From Syntrophales bacterium (GTDB lineage Bacteria; Desulfobacterota; Syntrophia; Syntrophales; UBA2210), in contig CAXXNF010000001.1 of the NCBI GenBank assembly GCA_963666365.2, forward strand, positions 896,001 through 960,000: a stretch of DNA of 64,000 nucleotides, written 5' to 3'. The translations under genes were made by a program, and so were the position numbers. Of this stretch, positions 9,580-19,254 are shown piece by piece. Positions within the stretch are counted from its first letter, which is position 1. Every line of letters begins with the position of its first letter. The notes beneath the pieces were generated by a model. It had not been told where the DNA came from. It saw nothing but the letters and a program-made list of their open reading frames with translations, and made no database searches.

Positions 9580-10998
9580 ATGGGACTGACACACATAACA
9601 GCATACCAACAAAAGCTCAGAACCGCAGAAGAGGTGGCACGGATGATTACGTCGGGCGACGAGATCTTCTTTGCGGAATTTATTCTCAGACCTGAATTGT
9701 TTGACGCAGCCCTCGCCGATCGCGCCGAGGAGTTGTCAAATGTCCAAATCGAAGGGGTATGCCTTGCCAAGACGCCCCGGTTTATAGAGGCGGACCCGAA
9801 ACGGCAGCATTTTATTTATAATGACTGGCATTTCTCCGGCGCCTGCAGGGCCCTGTATCAGCAGGGACTGTGCAGCTATGTACCCTTTACCTATCACCAG
9901 GGACCGCGGGTTATAAGAAAATACAAAAACTACGATTATGTAGTTGTCAGTGCGAGGCCCATGGATGAACAGGGTTATTTCAACTACGGCGTATGCAACT
10001 CCCTTACCTCGGCCGCCATTACGAAAGCCAGGAAAGTCATTGTGGAAATAAACGAACGCATGCCCCATTGCCTCGGAGGAAATCAGGAATCGGTCCATCT
10101 GTCGCGGGTTGATTACATCATAGAGGGCAACAATGCACCCATGATCGAGCTCCCTCCTGCCGCACCATCGGATATTGATACCCTCATTGCGGAAAACATC
10201 ATGACCGAGATCGAAGACGGGGCCTGCCTCCAGCTCGGCATCGGCGGACTGCCGAACGTTATCGGCGCCATGATCGCCGACAGCGATCTGAAAGATCTGG
10301 GCATTCACACGGAGATGCTTGTCGATTCGATGGTGGACCTCTATGAATCCGGCAAGATCACGGGGAACAATAAGACAACGGACCGTTTCAAAATGGCCTA
10401 TACCTTTGCCATGGGAACCCGGAAGCTCTATGACTTTTTACATTACAATCCGGCCTGCGCCTCCTATCCAGTCAATTACACCAACGATCCCCGCGTAATT
10501 GCGGTGAACGACAAGGTGATAGCCATAAACAACGCCATAGAGGTGGATCTGTTCAGCCAGGTCTGTTCCGAGTCTGTCGGCACCGCCCAGATTTCCGGAA
10601 CGGGCGGACAGTTTGATTTTATCTTCGGCGCCTTCAATTCGCGGGGCGGCAAAGGCATTATCGGATTGAGCTCCACCTTCAAAGACAAAAAAGGGAACCT
10701 TCATTCCCGTATTGTTCCCACGCTGCGGCCGGGCGCCGTCGTCACCGTACCCCGTTCCTGCGTGCAATACATCGCCACTGAATTCGGAATCGCCCAGCTC
10801 AAAGGAAAATCGACGTGGCAGCGTGCGGAAGCACTGATCAGCATCGCTCATCCCATGTTCCGCGATGAACTGACAGCACAGGCCAGAGACATGAAAATCT
10901 GGCTCGACCGGACAGAAGACCAGAATATATATAAGTTTCCACCCCCCATTATGCCGGAATACTCTTCCGCATCCGCTCAAGCAGCCCGTCCGCGATAA
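9580..10998 (+). CDS. Acetyl-CoA hydrolase/transferase family (butyryl-/4-hydroxybutyryl-CoA:acetate CoA-transferase-like)
   Basis: LQLGIGGLP, LGIHTEM, NNAIEVDLFSQV, SGTGGQFDF, TEFGIAQLKGKS, LISIAHP. Confidence 0.92.
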   Translation: MGLTHITAYQQKLRTAEEVARMITSGDEIFFAEFILRPELFDAALADRAEELSNVQIEGVCLAKTPRFIEADPKRQHFIYNDWHFSGACRALYQQGLCSYVPFTYHQGPRVIRKYKNYDYVVVSARPMDEQGYFNYGVCNSLTSAAITKARKVIVEINERMPHCLGGNQESVHLSRVDYIIEGNNAPMIELPPAAPSDIDTLIAENIMTEIEDGACLQLGIGGLPNVIGAMIADSDLKDLGIHTEMLVDSMVDLYESGKITGNNKTTDRFKMAYTFAMGTRKLYDFLHYNPACASYPVNYTNDPRVIAVNDKVIAINNAIEVDLFSQVCSESVGTAQISGTGGQFDFIFGAFNSRGGKGIIGLSSTFKDKKGNLHSRIVPTLRPGAVVTVPRSCVQYIATEFGIAQLKGKSTWQRAEALISIAHPMFRDELTAQARDMKIWLDRTEDQNIYKFPPPIMPEYSSASAQAARPR

Positions 10999-11085
10999 GT
11001 GCTAAGGATGCAGGTACTGAAGGAAGCTGAGGAATAGATAGGATGTAGCACACTAATCACACATGACATAGAAAGGAACAGCACT

Positions 11086-12234
11086 ATGAATTTTGCACCG
11101 ACGGAAGAACAACAGATGGTTAAGGATATGGTGGCACGGTTTGTGGATGAAGAGATCAAACCGAAGGCCGAGGAGTTTGACCGCACCCATGAGCATCCCC
11201 AGGCAGTGATCAGGAAGCTTGGTGAGATGGGGTTGATGGGGGTGGCCGTTCCCACGGAATACGACGGCGCCGGGATGGACAATGTGACCTACGTCATGGC
11301 CCTCATCGAGATTTCGCGGGGCTGCGCCAGCTGCGGCGTGATCACTTCGGTCAACAATTCGCTCTACGGCTATCCCGTGAAGACCTTCGGCACCGATGAG
11401 CAGAAGAAGAAATTTCTTGCCCCCGTGGCGGGAGGGCTCGTCGAGGGGTGTTACGCCCTGACCGAATCGGGCGCGGGGTCGGACGCCGCCGCGCTCCGGT
11501 GCCGGGCGGAGCTGAAGGGCGACAGGTACATCGTCAACGGCGTCAAGAAATTCATTACCAGCGGCAATGTGGCCCAGTACTGCGTGCTCGCGGCAACGGA
11601 AGATCCGGCAAAGGGCTACAAGGGTATTTTGAACCTTATCGTCGATCTGAAAAATACTCCCGGCTTTTCGGTGGGCACGATCGAAGACAAGATGGGAATA
11701 CTCGCCTCGGGGACGGCGGAGCTCGTCTTTGAGGACGCCGAGGTGCCGGCGGCGAACCTGCTGGGCAAACCGGGAGAAGGGTTCAAGCAGATGATGATGG
11801 GACTGGACGCGGGACGTATCGGCATCGGGGCGCAGGCCTGCGGCATCGGCAAGGCCGTGCTGGAAGATTGTCTCGCCTACGCCCAGGATCGGGAACAGTT
11901 CGGCAAACCGATCACCTCCTTCCAGGCGATCCAATGGAAGCTGGCCGACATGGCAACGGAGATCGACGCCGCCGAGATGCTGCTGCTCAAGGCCGCCTGG
12001 CTGGAAGACAACGGCCTGGATTTCGAGAAGGAAGCGGCCATGGCCAAGATGTACGCCTCCGACGTCACCATGCGGGCCGCCGTCGAGGGTGTGCAGATAT
12101 TCGGCGGCTACGGATACTGCAAGGATTATCCGGCGGAGCGGCACATGCGCGATGCCAAGATCTGCCAGATCTACGAAGGCACCAACGAGGTGCAGCGGAT
12201 GGTCATTGCACGAAAACTGCTGAAGATGAGATAA
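11086..12234 (+). CDS. Acyl-CoA dehydrogenase (short-chain type)
   Basis: YALTESGAGSD, NGVKKFIT, REQFGKPI, FQAIQWKLADM, QIFGGYGY, IYEGTNEVQR. Confidence 0.95.
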   Translation: MNFAPTEEQQMVKDMVARFVDEEIKPKAEEFDRTHEHPQAVIRKLGEMGLMGVAVPTEYDGAGMDNVTYVMALIEISRGCASCGVITSVNNSLYGYPVKTFGTDEQKKKFLAPVAGGLVEGCYALTESGAGSDAAALRCRAELKGDRYIVNGVKKFITSGNVAQYCVLAATEDPAKGYKGILNLIVDLKNTPGFSVGTIEDKMGILASGTAELVFEDAEVPAANLLGKPGEGFKQMMMGLDAGRIGIGAQACGIGKAVLEDCLAYAQDREQFGKPITSFQAIQWKLADMATEIDAAEMLLLKAAWLEDNGLDFEKEAAMAKMYASDVTMRAAVEGVQIFGGYGYCKDYPAERHMRDAKICQIYEGTNEVQRMVIARKLLKMR

Positions 12235-12240
12235 GAAACC

Positions 12241-12280
12241 CAGCGGAAAGAGCGGGAACGCCGACCCGCTCTTTCCGCTG
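12241..12280. terminator. Strong hairpin between convergent genes
   Basis: Perfect 16-bp inverted repeat CAGCGGAAAGAGCGGG / CCCGCTCTTTCCGCTG; no long U tract. Confidence 0.6.
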
Positions 12281-12308
12281 AACAGCGCATTTGCGGGAAA
12301 ATGCAAGG

Positions 12309-13739
12309 TTACAAGTTTTTTCCTGGGAGGCCCGCGTCTTCCCCATCGTCTCCCGGCAGGACAATGTGATATTTATTAAGCAATTTATAGAAATTCGTCC
12401 TCTGCATACCCACGGCGCCGGCGGCGCGGCTTACATTCCACTCATTGGCGCTGAGCGCATTTATGACAAATTCCTTTTCCAGGTCTTCGACGGCTTTATC
12501 GCGCAACGCTTTTTTCATTCGTTTCAGATCTTCGATATTCTCAGGTTTGTCTATTTCTAAATGAAGAGTGGCTATTCCTTCCGGCAGATCGTGCAGCTGG
12601 ATTACCGGACCATCGGCACTGATAAGCGCCCTTTCCACCGTGTTTTCAAGTTCACGGACATTGCCCGGCCATTCATAGGCCAGAAAGCACTTCATCGCCT
12701 CGTCGGAAATGCCGCACCTGGTGCGCCGATGCCGTTCAGCGTATTTGTTGAGAAAATGAGTAATGAGAAGAGGAATGTCCTCTTTTCGTTCTCTCAGAGG
12801 CGGCAGGAAGATGGGAAACACGTAGAGCCGATAGAACAGGTCCTCCCGGAACGTTCCCGTTTCGACCATCTTCTTGAGATTTTTGTTGGTGGCGGTCACG
12901 AGCCTGATATCGGTCTCCTTCGCGTCCGTGCCGCCGACTGGTATGTATTTGCGCTCCTGTATGACCCGCAGGAGCTTCCCCTGAAGATCGAAATTCAGAT
13001 CTCCGATTTCGTCCAGAAAGAGCGTACCGTGGTTGGCAACCTCAAAAAAACCCGCCTTCGCCGCCGTAGCGCCGGTGAAACTTCCTTTCACATGTCCGAA
13101 CAATTCGCTTTCAAGCAGCGAGGAGGTCAACGAAAGGCAGTCCACCGTCACAAAATGATTGTCCTTGCGTTGAGAATTCTTGTGGATGGAACGGGCCACC
13201 AGTTCCTTACCCGTGCCCGATTCGCCGATGATAAGGACCGTCGTGTCCGTGGCGGCCACCTTGCTGACAAGCTTGAATATCTCCGTCATGCGCGGACTGT
13301 TGGCGATAATATTGTCAAAAATCATTTCGTGGGGCAGCGCCTGATCGGACGTGTAGGGGGTCAGCATCCTGCCTTTTTCCTCAAGGGCTTTTTTAATGGT
13401 CAGGATCAGCTCCGAGGGGGTAAAGGGTTTTGCGAGATAGTCAAAAGCACCGCTTTTAATACTTTCCACCGCGGTATTGATCGACGCATAGCCCGTAATG
13501 ACGATTACCTGGGTCGATGGATACTGTTCCTTTATGATTTTCACAAGTTCCGTGCCGCAACGCCCGGGCATGACGAGATCGACCGTCACCACATCGAAAA
13601 TCTGCTTTTTTAGTTTTTTGACGGCCTCATCGACATTCATGGCCCCTTCCACAAGGTACCCCTGACTGGCAAGGGTCCTTTTACAGGCCTCCTGCACTAC
13701 CTCCTCATCGTCAACGACCAGAATATTCACGTCTTCCAT
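12309..13739 (-). CDS. Sigma54-dependent response regulator (REC-AAA+-HTH)
   Basis: ILVVDDE, VDLVMP, GESGTGKE, GSFTGA, FLDEIG, WPGNVREL, NVSRAA..VGMQRT; alternative GTG start at 13742. Confidence 0.95.
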   Translation of the reverse strand: MEDVNILVVDDEEVVQEACKRTLASQGYLVEGAMNVDEAVKKLKKQIFDVVTVDLVMPGRCGTELVKIIKEQYPSTQVIVITGYASINTAVESIKSGAFDYLAKPFTPSELILTIKKALEEKGRMLTPYTSDQALPHEMIFDNIIANSPRMTEIFKLVSKVAATDTTVLIIGESGTGKELVARSIHKNSQRKDNHFVTVDCLSLTSSLLESELFGHVKGSFTGATAAKAGFFEVANHGTLFLDEIGDLNFDLQGKLLRVIQERKYIPVGGTDAKETDIRLVTATNKNLKKMVETGTFREDLFYRLYVFPIFLPPLRERKEDIPLLITHFLNKYAERHRRTRCGISDEAMKCFLAYEWPGNVRELENTVERALISADGPVIQLHDLPEGIATLHLEIDKPENIEDLKRMKKALRDKAVEDLEKEFVINALSANEWNVSRAAGAVGMQRTNFYKLLNKYHIVLPGDDGEDAGLPGKNL

Positions 13740-13768
13740 CACAGATGCACCTCCTCAATGCAGCAGGA

Positions 13769-15154
13769 TTATTGTACGGGCAACCTGACGACAAAAACGG
13801 CCCCGGCATCCTTCCGGCTTTGAACAATCAATTTGCCGCCATGATTTTCAATAATACCCAGACTGATACTCAATCCCAGACCGGTCCCCATATCTTTTGT
13901 CGTATAAAAGGGATCGAAAATCTTTTGCAGTTCCCCCTCTCCGATCCCGCATCCCGTATCCTCAAAGACAATGTCCAGCACACGCTTCTCTTCATGATAG
14001 GTCGTGCTGATTTCGAGTCGGCCTCCATCCGGCATGGCCTGCTGGGCATTGACGATGAGGTTCATGAAAACCTGTTGTATCTGATCCGCATCAAACAATA
14101 TCTTGGGAAGATAACCGGGTGCATGTTTGATCAACTCAATATTGCGGAAGTCTTTGTGGTGGACGACGAGATTGACCGTCTTATTCAGTACCGACGTGAT
14201 ATCATCGCATTTTTTTTCAGGCTGGCTCTGCCGCGCAAAGTCCAGAAGCCCCTTTATGATCTTTTTGCATCGTTCCGTTTCCCGGATGACAATGTCGATA
14301 TCATTCTGCACCTGCTCCTGATCCGGACATCCCTCCTTTATAAAGTGTGCGAAGTTGAGAATTCCCGTGAGAGGGCTGTTCAGTTCATGAGCAATTCCCG
14401 CGGAAAGATTCCCGAGAGAGGCCAGTTTTTCACTTTGAATCAGCAGGTTCTGCTGCCGTATTAATTCCTGATTGGCCTCTTCGAGTTGAATGCTCTTCTT
14501 TTCCAGTTGCAATGTCAGATCAAAGAGATCCTTACCGCGACGGTGGAGACTCCGGGAGATAGAGTTGGTCATGTACACGGTTATAAGCATAGTGGCGGCA
14601 AAAGAGGTTATTACGGCAACGAGAAAGGGCATGCTCTGCCACAACTCTCTGGGTGCGAACCCCTCCATGCGGTAATGGGAAATAATGCCGCTCCAGGATA
14701 GCACAATTAAAATGCAGACGAGCAAAATAGATACGATTGCCTGATACCAGATATCCAGGCCGGTCAGGAGGATGCTTCCCATGATCATGTGAAAGACGGC
14801 AAAATAAATAAAAGGGTTTTCGATACCACCGCTGAAATACACCAGAAACACCAGCGCCAGAAGATCGAAGCCGATCTGGAGATTTGCCTCGATCCTTAAT
14901 TCCTGCGGCGTTGGCGTGTGTTGCGAAAAGAACACCCTGTGGAGAAGATAAAAGCCACAATTATACAACAGGACCACGACGGCGATCACAATGATTGGAA
15001 TCAGGGGTACCTTAATGTGGAAAGCTTTCATTGCAAAGAAAATCAAGAGGGTTAACACGAGCAGGAAAACCCAACGCAATTGGACGAACCACCCCAGGCG
15101 CGCCTGTAATTCACCTTCCGAGGGCTTGTAAAAAAACATAGGCCATTCCTCCAT
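13769..15154 (-). CDS. Membrane-bound sensor histidine kinase
   Basis: About six hydrophobic helices, then EKLASLG..AGIAHELNSPL (H box), NLIVNA (N), DTGCGI (G1), FDPFYTTK, GTGLGL (G2). Confidence 0.95.
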   Translation of the reverse strand: MEEWPMFFYKPSEGELQARLGWFVQLRWVFLLVLTLLIFFAMKAFHIKVPLIPIIVIAVVVLLYNCGFYLLHRVFFSQHTPTPQELRIEANLQIGFDLLALVFLVYFSGGIENPFIYFAVFHMIMGSILLTGLDIWYQAIVSILLVCILIVLSWSGIISHYRMEGFAPRELWQSMPFLVAVITSFAATMLITVYMTNSISRSLHRRGKDLFDLTLQLEKKSIQLEEANQELIRQQNLLIQSEKLASLGNLSAGIAHELNSPLTGILNFAHFIKEGCPDQEQVQNDIDIVIRETERCKKIIKGLLDFARQSQPEKKCDDITSVLNKTVNLVVHHKDFRNIELIKHAPGYLPKILFDADQIQQVFMNLIVNAQQAMPDGGRLEISTTYHEEKRVLDIVFEDTGCGIGEGELQKIFDPFYTTKDMGTGLGLSISLGIIENHGGKLIVQSRKDAGAVFVVRLPVQ

Positions 15155-15196
15155 GTGCAGGCACCCTACAGGAAGTCATTCCTAATGTCAACTTAT

Positions 15197-15338
15197 GTAT
15201 ATGGTAAATATACATAAGCGCCCCCCCCCTGCTCTTTGAGCAACACCGGCGACGCATTCACTATAATCACACAAATATAACAAGTTAGCGGATCAGAGAC
15301 CGCCTGCACAGGTCCCGCCGCGTATAGCCAAAATATAC
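15197..15338. promoter_or_regulatory. Two palindromic GTATA-N7-TATAC sites (15197-15213, 15322-15338), candidate enhancer
   Basis: CTTATGTATAT-GGTAA-ATATACATAAG (11-bp perfect arms) and GTATAGCCAAAATATAC. Confidence 0.7.
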
Positions 15339-15415
15339 AAAAGGCGCTCCCTCTCCAATCCCCGAAGACTCCACTGACAGGACAATAATATTATTTTATG
15401 AGTTATATAAGGTAT

Positions 15416-15985
15416 TTACATATTTATTTTCGCGAAATCCTCCTTTGGGCACGTTTATTGTAATTAAGAAAGACAAAACGACGAGAGGAGGATGGAAAAA
15501 TGAACGAAACAAAAAAAGCTGTCGGTTATGTCTGTGATATCCCGGTGACCGGAACCCATATGTACATCGGTAAGGAAGATCAAAAAGCCCGTCTCATCAA
15601 ATATGCGAAAAAGGAACAGATCGAACTGGTCCATATCTTTGAGGACAAAGAGTGCACCGGCGACTTCATGAACCGTCCCGGCGTGCAAAAGCTCCTGAAG
15701 CGAGCCAACCAGTATGACGCAGTGCTGGTCGAGCGGGCCTGGGCACTGACCAGAAAGGGAAAGGAACTCAATCCCTTTCTCAAAACAATCGAAGACAGGG
15801 GCGCCGAACTTGTGGCCACGACCTATCTTTGGGATTATCTGCACCAGATGCTGCGCCGCCGATACGGTGGCAGGACCGAGGCAACAGGGACAGAACCCCG
15901 AAAAAACGTGCACTACTACACCCCGAAGATGGAAAGGACCCATGCAGCCAGGCTCGTCGCCTGAAATGCAGAACCGATGACTGCA
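15416..15985 (+). repeat. 570-bp direct repeat, copy 2
   Basis: Matches 8868-9437; contains the sigma54-type promoter at 15447-15462. Confidence 0.95.
15500..15964 (+). CDS. Serine-recombinase-fold protein lacking catalytic residues, copy 2
   Basis: 154 aa, 8 aa differences from copy 1. Confidence 0.8.
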   Translation: MNETKKAVGYVCDIPVTGTHMYIGKEDQKARLIKYAKKEQIELVHIFEDKECTGDFMNRPGVQKLLKRANQYDAVLVERAWALTRKGKELNPFLKTIEDRGAELVATTYLWDYLHQMLRRRYGGRTEATGTEPRKNVHYYTPKMERTHAARLVA

Positions 15986-16042
15986 AGTTAGCATTTGACA
16001 GGCAAATGCGGTTGGTTTATGTAAGCGAGTGAGGGTCGCGAT

Positions 16043-16576
16043 ATGAACAGGGAGCGTAAAAGCATTCTCTATGACAAAGAACGGATCGACCGGCGGGTCA
16101 AGGAACTGGCGAAAATAATTTCGCGGGACTATGAGGGGCGGGATCTCCTCCTTGTGGGGATTCTGAAAGGGGCATTCATCTTTTTAGCCGATCTGTCAAG
16201 ATCGCTCAGCATTCCCCATTCCCTCGACTTTGCCCGACTGGCCAGTTACGGGTCTCAGGCACAAAGCTCCGGCATCATAGAAATAAGGAAAGACATTGAA
16301 ATGCCCCTGGAAGGAAAGGACGTCATCCTGGTAGAAGATATAGTTGACACAGGGACAACTCTCGCCTTTTTCCAAAAGAAAATCCTGCAGAGAAATCCCC
16401 GCTCGGTAAAAATCTGCGCCCTCATCGACAAGAAAGAGCGGCGAGAGGTGGAATGTAACGCACACTATGTCGGTTTTTCTGTGGAAAGGGGATTCATTGT
16501 CGGCTACGGACTCGATTTTAATGAAAAATACCGCTATCTTCCCGACATCTATATCATCGACGAATCGACACTGTGA
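16043..16576 (+). CDS. hpt: Hypoxanthine phosphoribosyltransferase
   Basis: VGILKGAFIFLADL, VILVEDIVDTGTT PRPP loop, FIVGYGLD. Confidence 0.95.
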   Translation: MNRERKSILYDKERIDRRVKELAKIISRDYEGRDLLLVGILKGAFIFLADLSRSLSIPHSLDFARLASYGSQAQSSGIIEIRKDIEMPLEGKDVILVEDIVDTGTTLAFFQKKILQRNPRSVKICALIDKKERREVECNAHYVGFSVERGFIVGYGLDFNEKYRYLPDIYIIDESTL

Positions 16577-17463
16577 GAGATAAATTGGCGACTGTGCAAT
16601 GTCCCAGGTGTAAAACGAGATACCGTATCGATAGCGATCCTTCCGGGGAAAAACGGCTGCGCCTGAGATGTTCGCGATGCGGCGCAGTGTTTTCCTGCGG
16701 CGCGGCACCCTCCCTCACCCCGCTGCCGCGGCCGCAAGAGGCGCCGGCACTTCCACGCGAAGATGATTTCCGAAAAATCGCCGAACTTTTGGACGATATC
16801 AACCAACCTGACAGGGACAGGGCAGCATCTCCTGAGAAAGTTGAAGTGCCTCAGGATTTCAACAGCGATTCCGAGGCGAAGGAGCGGGTCAGAAAGTCGA
16901 TTGCAAGGATGGTAGTGCCGGCGCTCCTTCTGGTTATAATTGCCGGGGGGGTTATTTTCTGGAAAAACCCCGGCCTGCAGACATCCGCTTTGAATGCACT
17001 TACTCCCGCCCTTTCCCGCATTGAGAAAATCCTGAGGCTGGACAAAGGAGAAGACCGCGGAATTCCTCCTGAAGAGAATATCGTCTTTACCAATGTTCAT
17101 GAGTCATTTCAACTGAATTGGATGGACGGACATGTGCTTGTAATCGAAGGGAACACAGTAAATAACAATCCTTTTCCGATTTCCCGCATTAAGGTGAGAG
17201 GGAAGCTGCTGGACAACTCAAAACAGATTATCGACCAAAAGGAGTCGTACTGCGGCAATATTCTTTCGAAAGAGGAATTGCGCAATCTTACGGAAGAAGA
17301 GATCGACAGGGAGCTTTTAAGTCCCGCCAGATACGGCGCACCTTTGAAAACGGTTCCCCCCGGCGGCGCCATTCCCTTTATGCTCGTATTCGCGCGCTCA
17401 TCCAAGAAGGCGGGAGAGTTTATCGTCGAACCGTCGGAGATCGTTCCCCGACAAACACCTTGA
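16573..17463 (+). CDS. Zinc-ribbon (MJ0042-type)/DUF3426-like membrane protein
   Basis: CPRCKTRY...CSRCGAVF, single TM helix, C-terminal PGGAIPFMLVF. Confidence 0.8.
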   Translation: MRDKLATVQCPRCKTRYRIDSDPSGEKRLRLRCSRCGAVFSCGAAPSLTPLPRPQEAPALPREDDFRKIAELLDDINQPDRDRAASPEKVEVPQDFNSDSEAKERVRKSIARMVVPALLLVIIAGGVIFWKNPGLQTSALNALTPALSRIEKILRLDKGEDRGIPPEENIVFTNVHESFQLNWMDGHVLVIEGNTVNNNPFPISRIKVRGKLLDNSKQIIDQKESYCGNILSKEELRNLTEEEIDRELLSPARYGAPLKTVPPGGAIPFMLVFARSSKKAGEFIVEPSEIVPRQTP

Positions 17464-17560
17464 CGGCCTGATCTTTGCGGGGGAACGCAATAAAAACGCA
17501 ACACATGCAAGAGCTTACAAAGCCGCAATCCTTCTAAATCCGTTAAAAGGAATGTAACCC

Positions 17561-18556
17561 GTGGCAACAAATAAGATAAAAACCGCCTTTTCCCTGTTGC
17601 TTCTGATAACCCTCATCGGTACCGAGGGTTATCATCTGATTGAGGGATGGTCATTCGTTGACTCCTTCTACGCCACGATCGTTACGCTGGCCACAGTCGG
17701 TTACGGCGATTTTTATCCCGTAACGACTGCCGGTCGCATATTTGCCGTATTTCTTATTGTGGTAGGTGTAGGCACCATGGCCTATACCTTTGCAATTATT
17801 ATGGAGAATTTCATGGAAGGTCGCCTAAAAAAACTTCTGGGGAGGGGAAAATTGGAACGGCAGCTTAAAAGAATGAAAAACCATCATATCATCTGCGGAT
17901 GTGGGAAAATCGGCCACATCATATGCGAAGAACTCGCAGAAGAAGGGGCCGACTTCGTTGTCGTCGACAGTAATCTCCAGGTAATTCAAAAAATGGAAGA
18001 AAAGTGTTTCACCTATGTTGCGGGAAGCGCAACCGATGACGAAACCCTTCTTGCGGCCGGCATAGAGCGAGCCAAGAGCGTTGTCTGTACACTCCCCTCC
18101 GATGCGGACAACCTTTATATAGTGCTTACCGCAAAGGAACTGAATCCACATGTCTATATTATGTCCCGATTCGAAGACGATCTCTCCGAGCGAAGGCTCC
18201 TGAAGGCGGGCGCCGATCGCGCCATCTCTCCCTCTAAAGTGGGGGGAATGCGCATGACACAGGCAATTTTGCGCCCTGCGATGCTCGACTTCATCGAAAT
18301 TACCACCACGCGGCAGAGTCTCGAGCTCCGTATGGAAGAACTCATCGTCTGCAAGGAATCAAACGTCGTAGGAAAAAATCTTGTTGAATCAGGAATCAGA
18401 AGAGAGTACGGGCTTATCATCGTTGCCGTCAAGAAGGATTCGGGAAAAATGATCTTCAATCCGTCGGCATCCTATCTAATAGAGCCGATGGATAAACTGA
18501 TTGCCCTGGGAGAAGAAAGCGACCTTGTCAGATTTTCCGAGATATGCCAAGTATAA
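17561..18556 (+). CDS. Potassium channel with RCK (TrkA-N/TrkA-C) domains
   Basis: TVGYGD selectivity filter; IICGCGKIG; TrkA-C IIVAVKK...FNP. Confidence 0.93.
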   Translation: MATNKIKTAFSLLLLITLIGTEGYHLIEGWSFVDSFYATIVTLATVGYGDFYPVTTAGRIFAVFLIVVGVGTMAYTFAIIMENFMEGRLKKLLGRGKLERQLKRMKNHHIICGCGKIGHIICEELAEEGADFVVVDSNLQVIQKMEEKCFTYVAGSATDDETLLAAGIERAKSVVCTLPSDADNLYIVLTAKELNPHVYIMSRFEDDLSERRLLKAGADRAISPSKVGGMRMTQAILRPAMLDFIEITTTRQSLELRMEELIVCKESNVVGKNLVESGIRREYGLIIVAVKKDSGKMIFNPSASYLIEPMDKLIALGEESDLVRFSEICQV

Positions 18557-19166
18557 GGTCGCGAGAAATCGTTCCCTCCCGGAGCACACGCGGCGGTTCG
18601 ACCGTTGCATCCACGATAGTCGTACCGGGAGGACCCGGCGTGGTACCCCCGTCAATGACAGCATCTATATAATTGCCGAGGTTTTCTATCACCTCTTGAG
18701 CCGCGATACATTCCTTCGCACCGGATCTGTTGGCGCTGGTGGCGGTGACGGCACTCCCCAGCTCCCGTGCAAGAAGCGATGCAACGGCATTCTTTGAAAG
18801 GCGGATGCCGATCTTTCCCGTCCCCGCGGTAAGTTTGCCTGAAAGATAGGGCGAGGCCTCGAAAAGAATCGTAATGCCGGAGGACCGGAACCGTTCGGCC
18901 AGCTTTCGCGCACTATCGGGAATGGTCTTCACAAGAGGGATAATCTGTGATTCCACCGCAACGATCAAAGAAATGGGCATCTTTTCGTCCCTTCCCTTTG
19001 CAATAAAAATCTTTTCTATGGCGGCTTCGTTCGTGCAGTCCGCAGCGAGGCCGTAAAAGGTTTCCGTAGGATAGGCCACGATGCCGCCGGCCCTGAGAAT
19101 ATGCACCGCTTCGGCGATTTCCGACCGGGCAGGATTCAGGGGATTGACAGAGATGATGTGCGCCAC
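18528..19166 (-). CDS. tsaC: L-threonylcarbamoyladenylate synthase (Sua5/YrdC)
   Basis: VAYPTETFYGL, KGR, TATSANRSG, TTIVD, VLREG. Confidence 0.92.
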   Translation of the reverse strand: MAHIISVNPLNPARSEIAEAVHILRAGGIVAYPTETFYGLAADCTNEAAIEKIFIAKGRDEKMPISLIVAVESQIIPLVKTIPDSARKLAERFRSSGITILFEASPYLSGKLTAGTGKIGIRLSKNAVASLLARELGSAVTATSANRSGAKECIAAQEVIENLGNYIDAVIDGGTTPGPPGTTIVDATVEPPRVLREGTISRDLILGISRKI

Positions 19167-19254
19167 AGGAAATTCCCTTTCAGCAATTCTTCCATTTTTT
19201 CCCGCAGAGGAGATCCTTTTTGTTTCTTTTCTCCCTCAGCGTCTCCGCTCCCCT

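Noticed and set aside
9220..15900. Diversity-generating retroelement TR/VR pair
   Set aside because: The substitutions are not adenine-specific (they include C/G, G/T and T/C), both copies are full genes, and no reverse transcriptase is present
8868..15985. Composite transposon or IS pair
   Set aside because: The repeats lack terminal inverted repeats, a target duplication, tnpB or any catalytically intact recombinase
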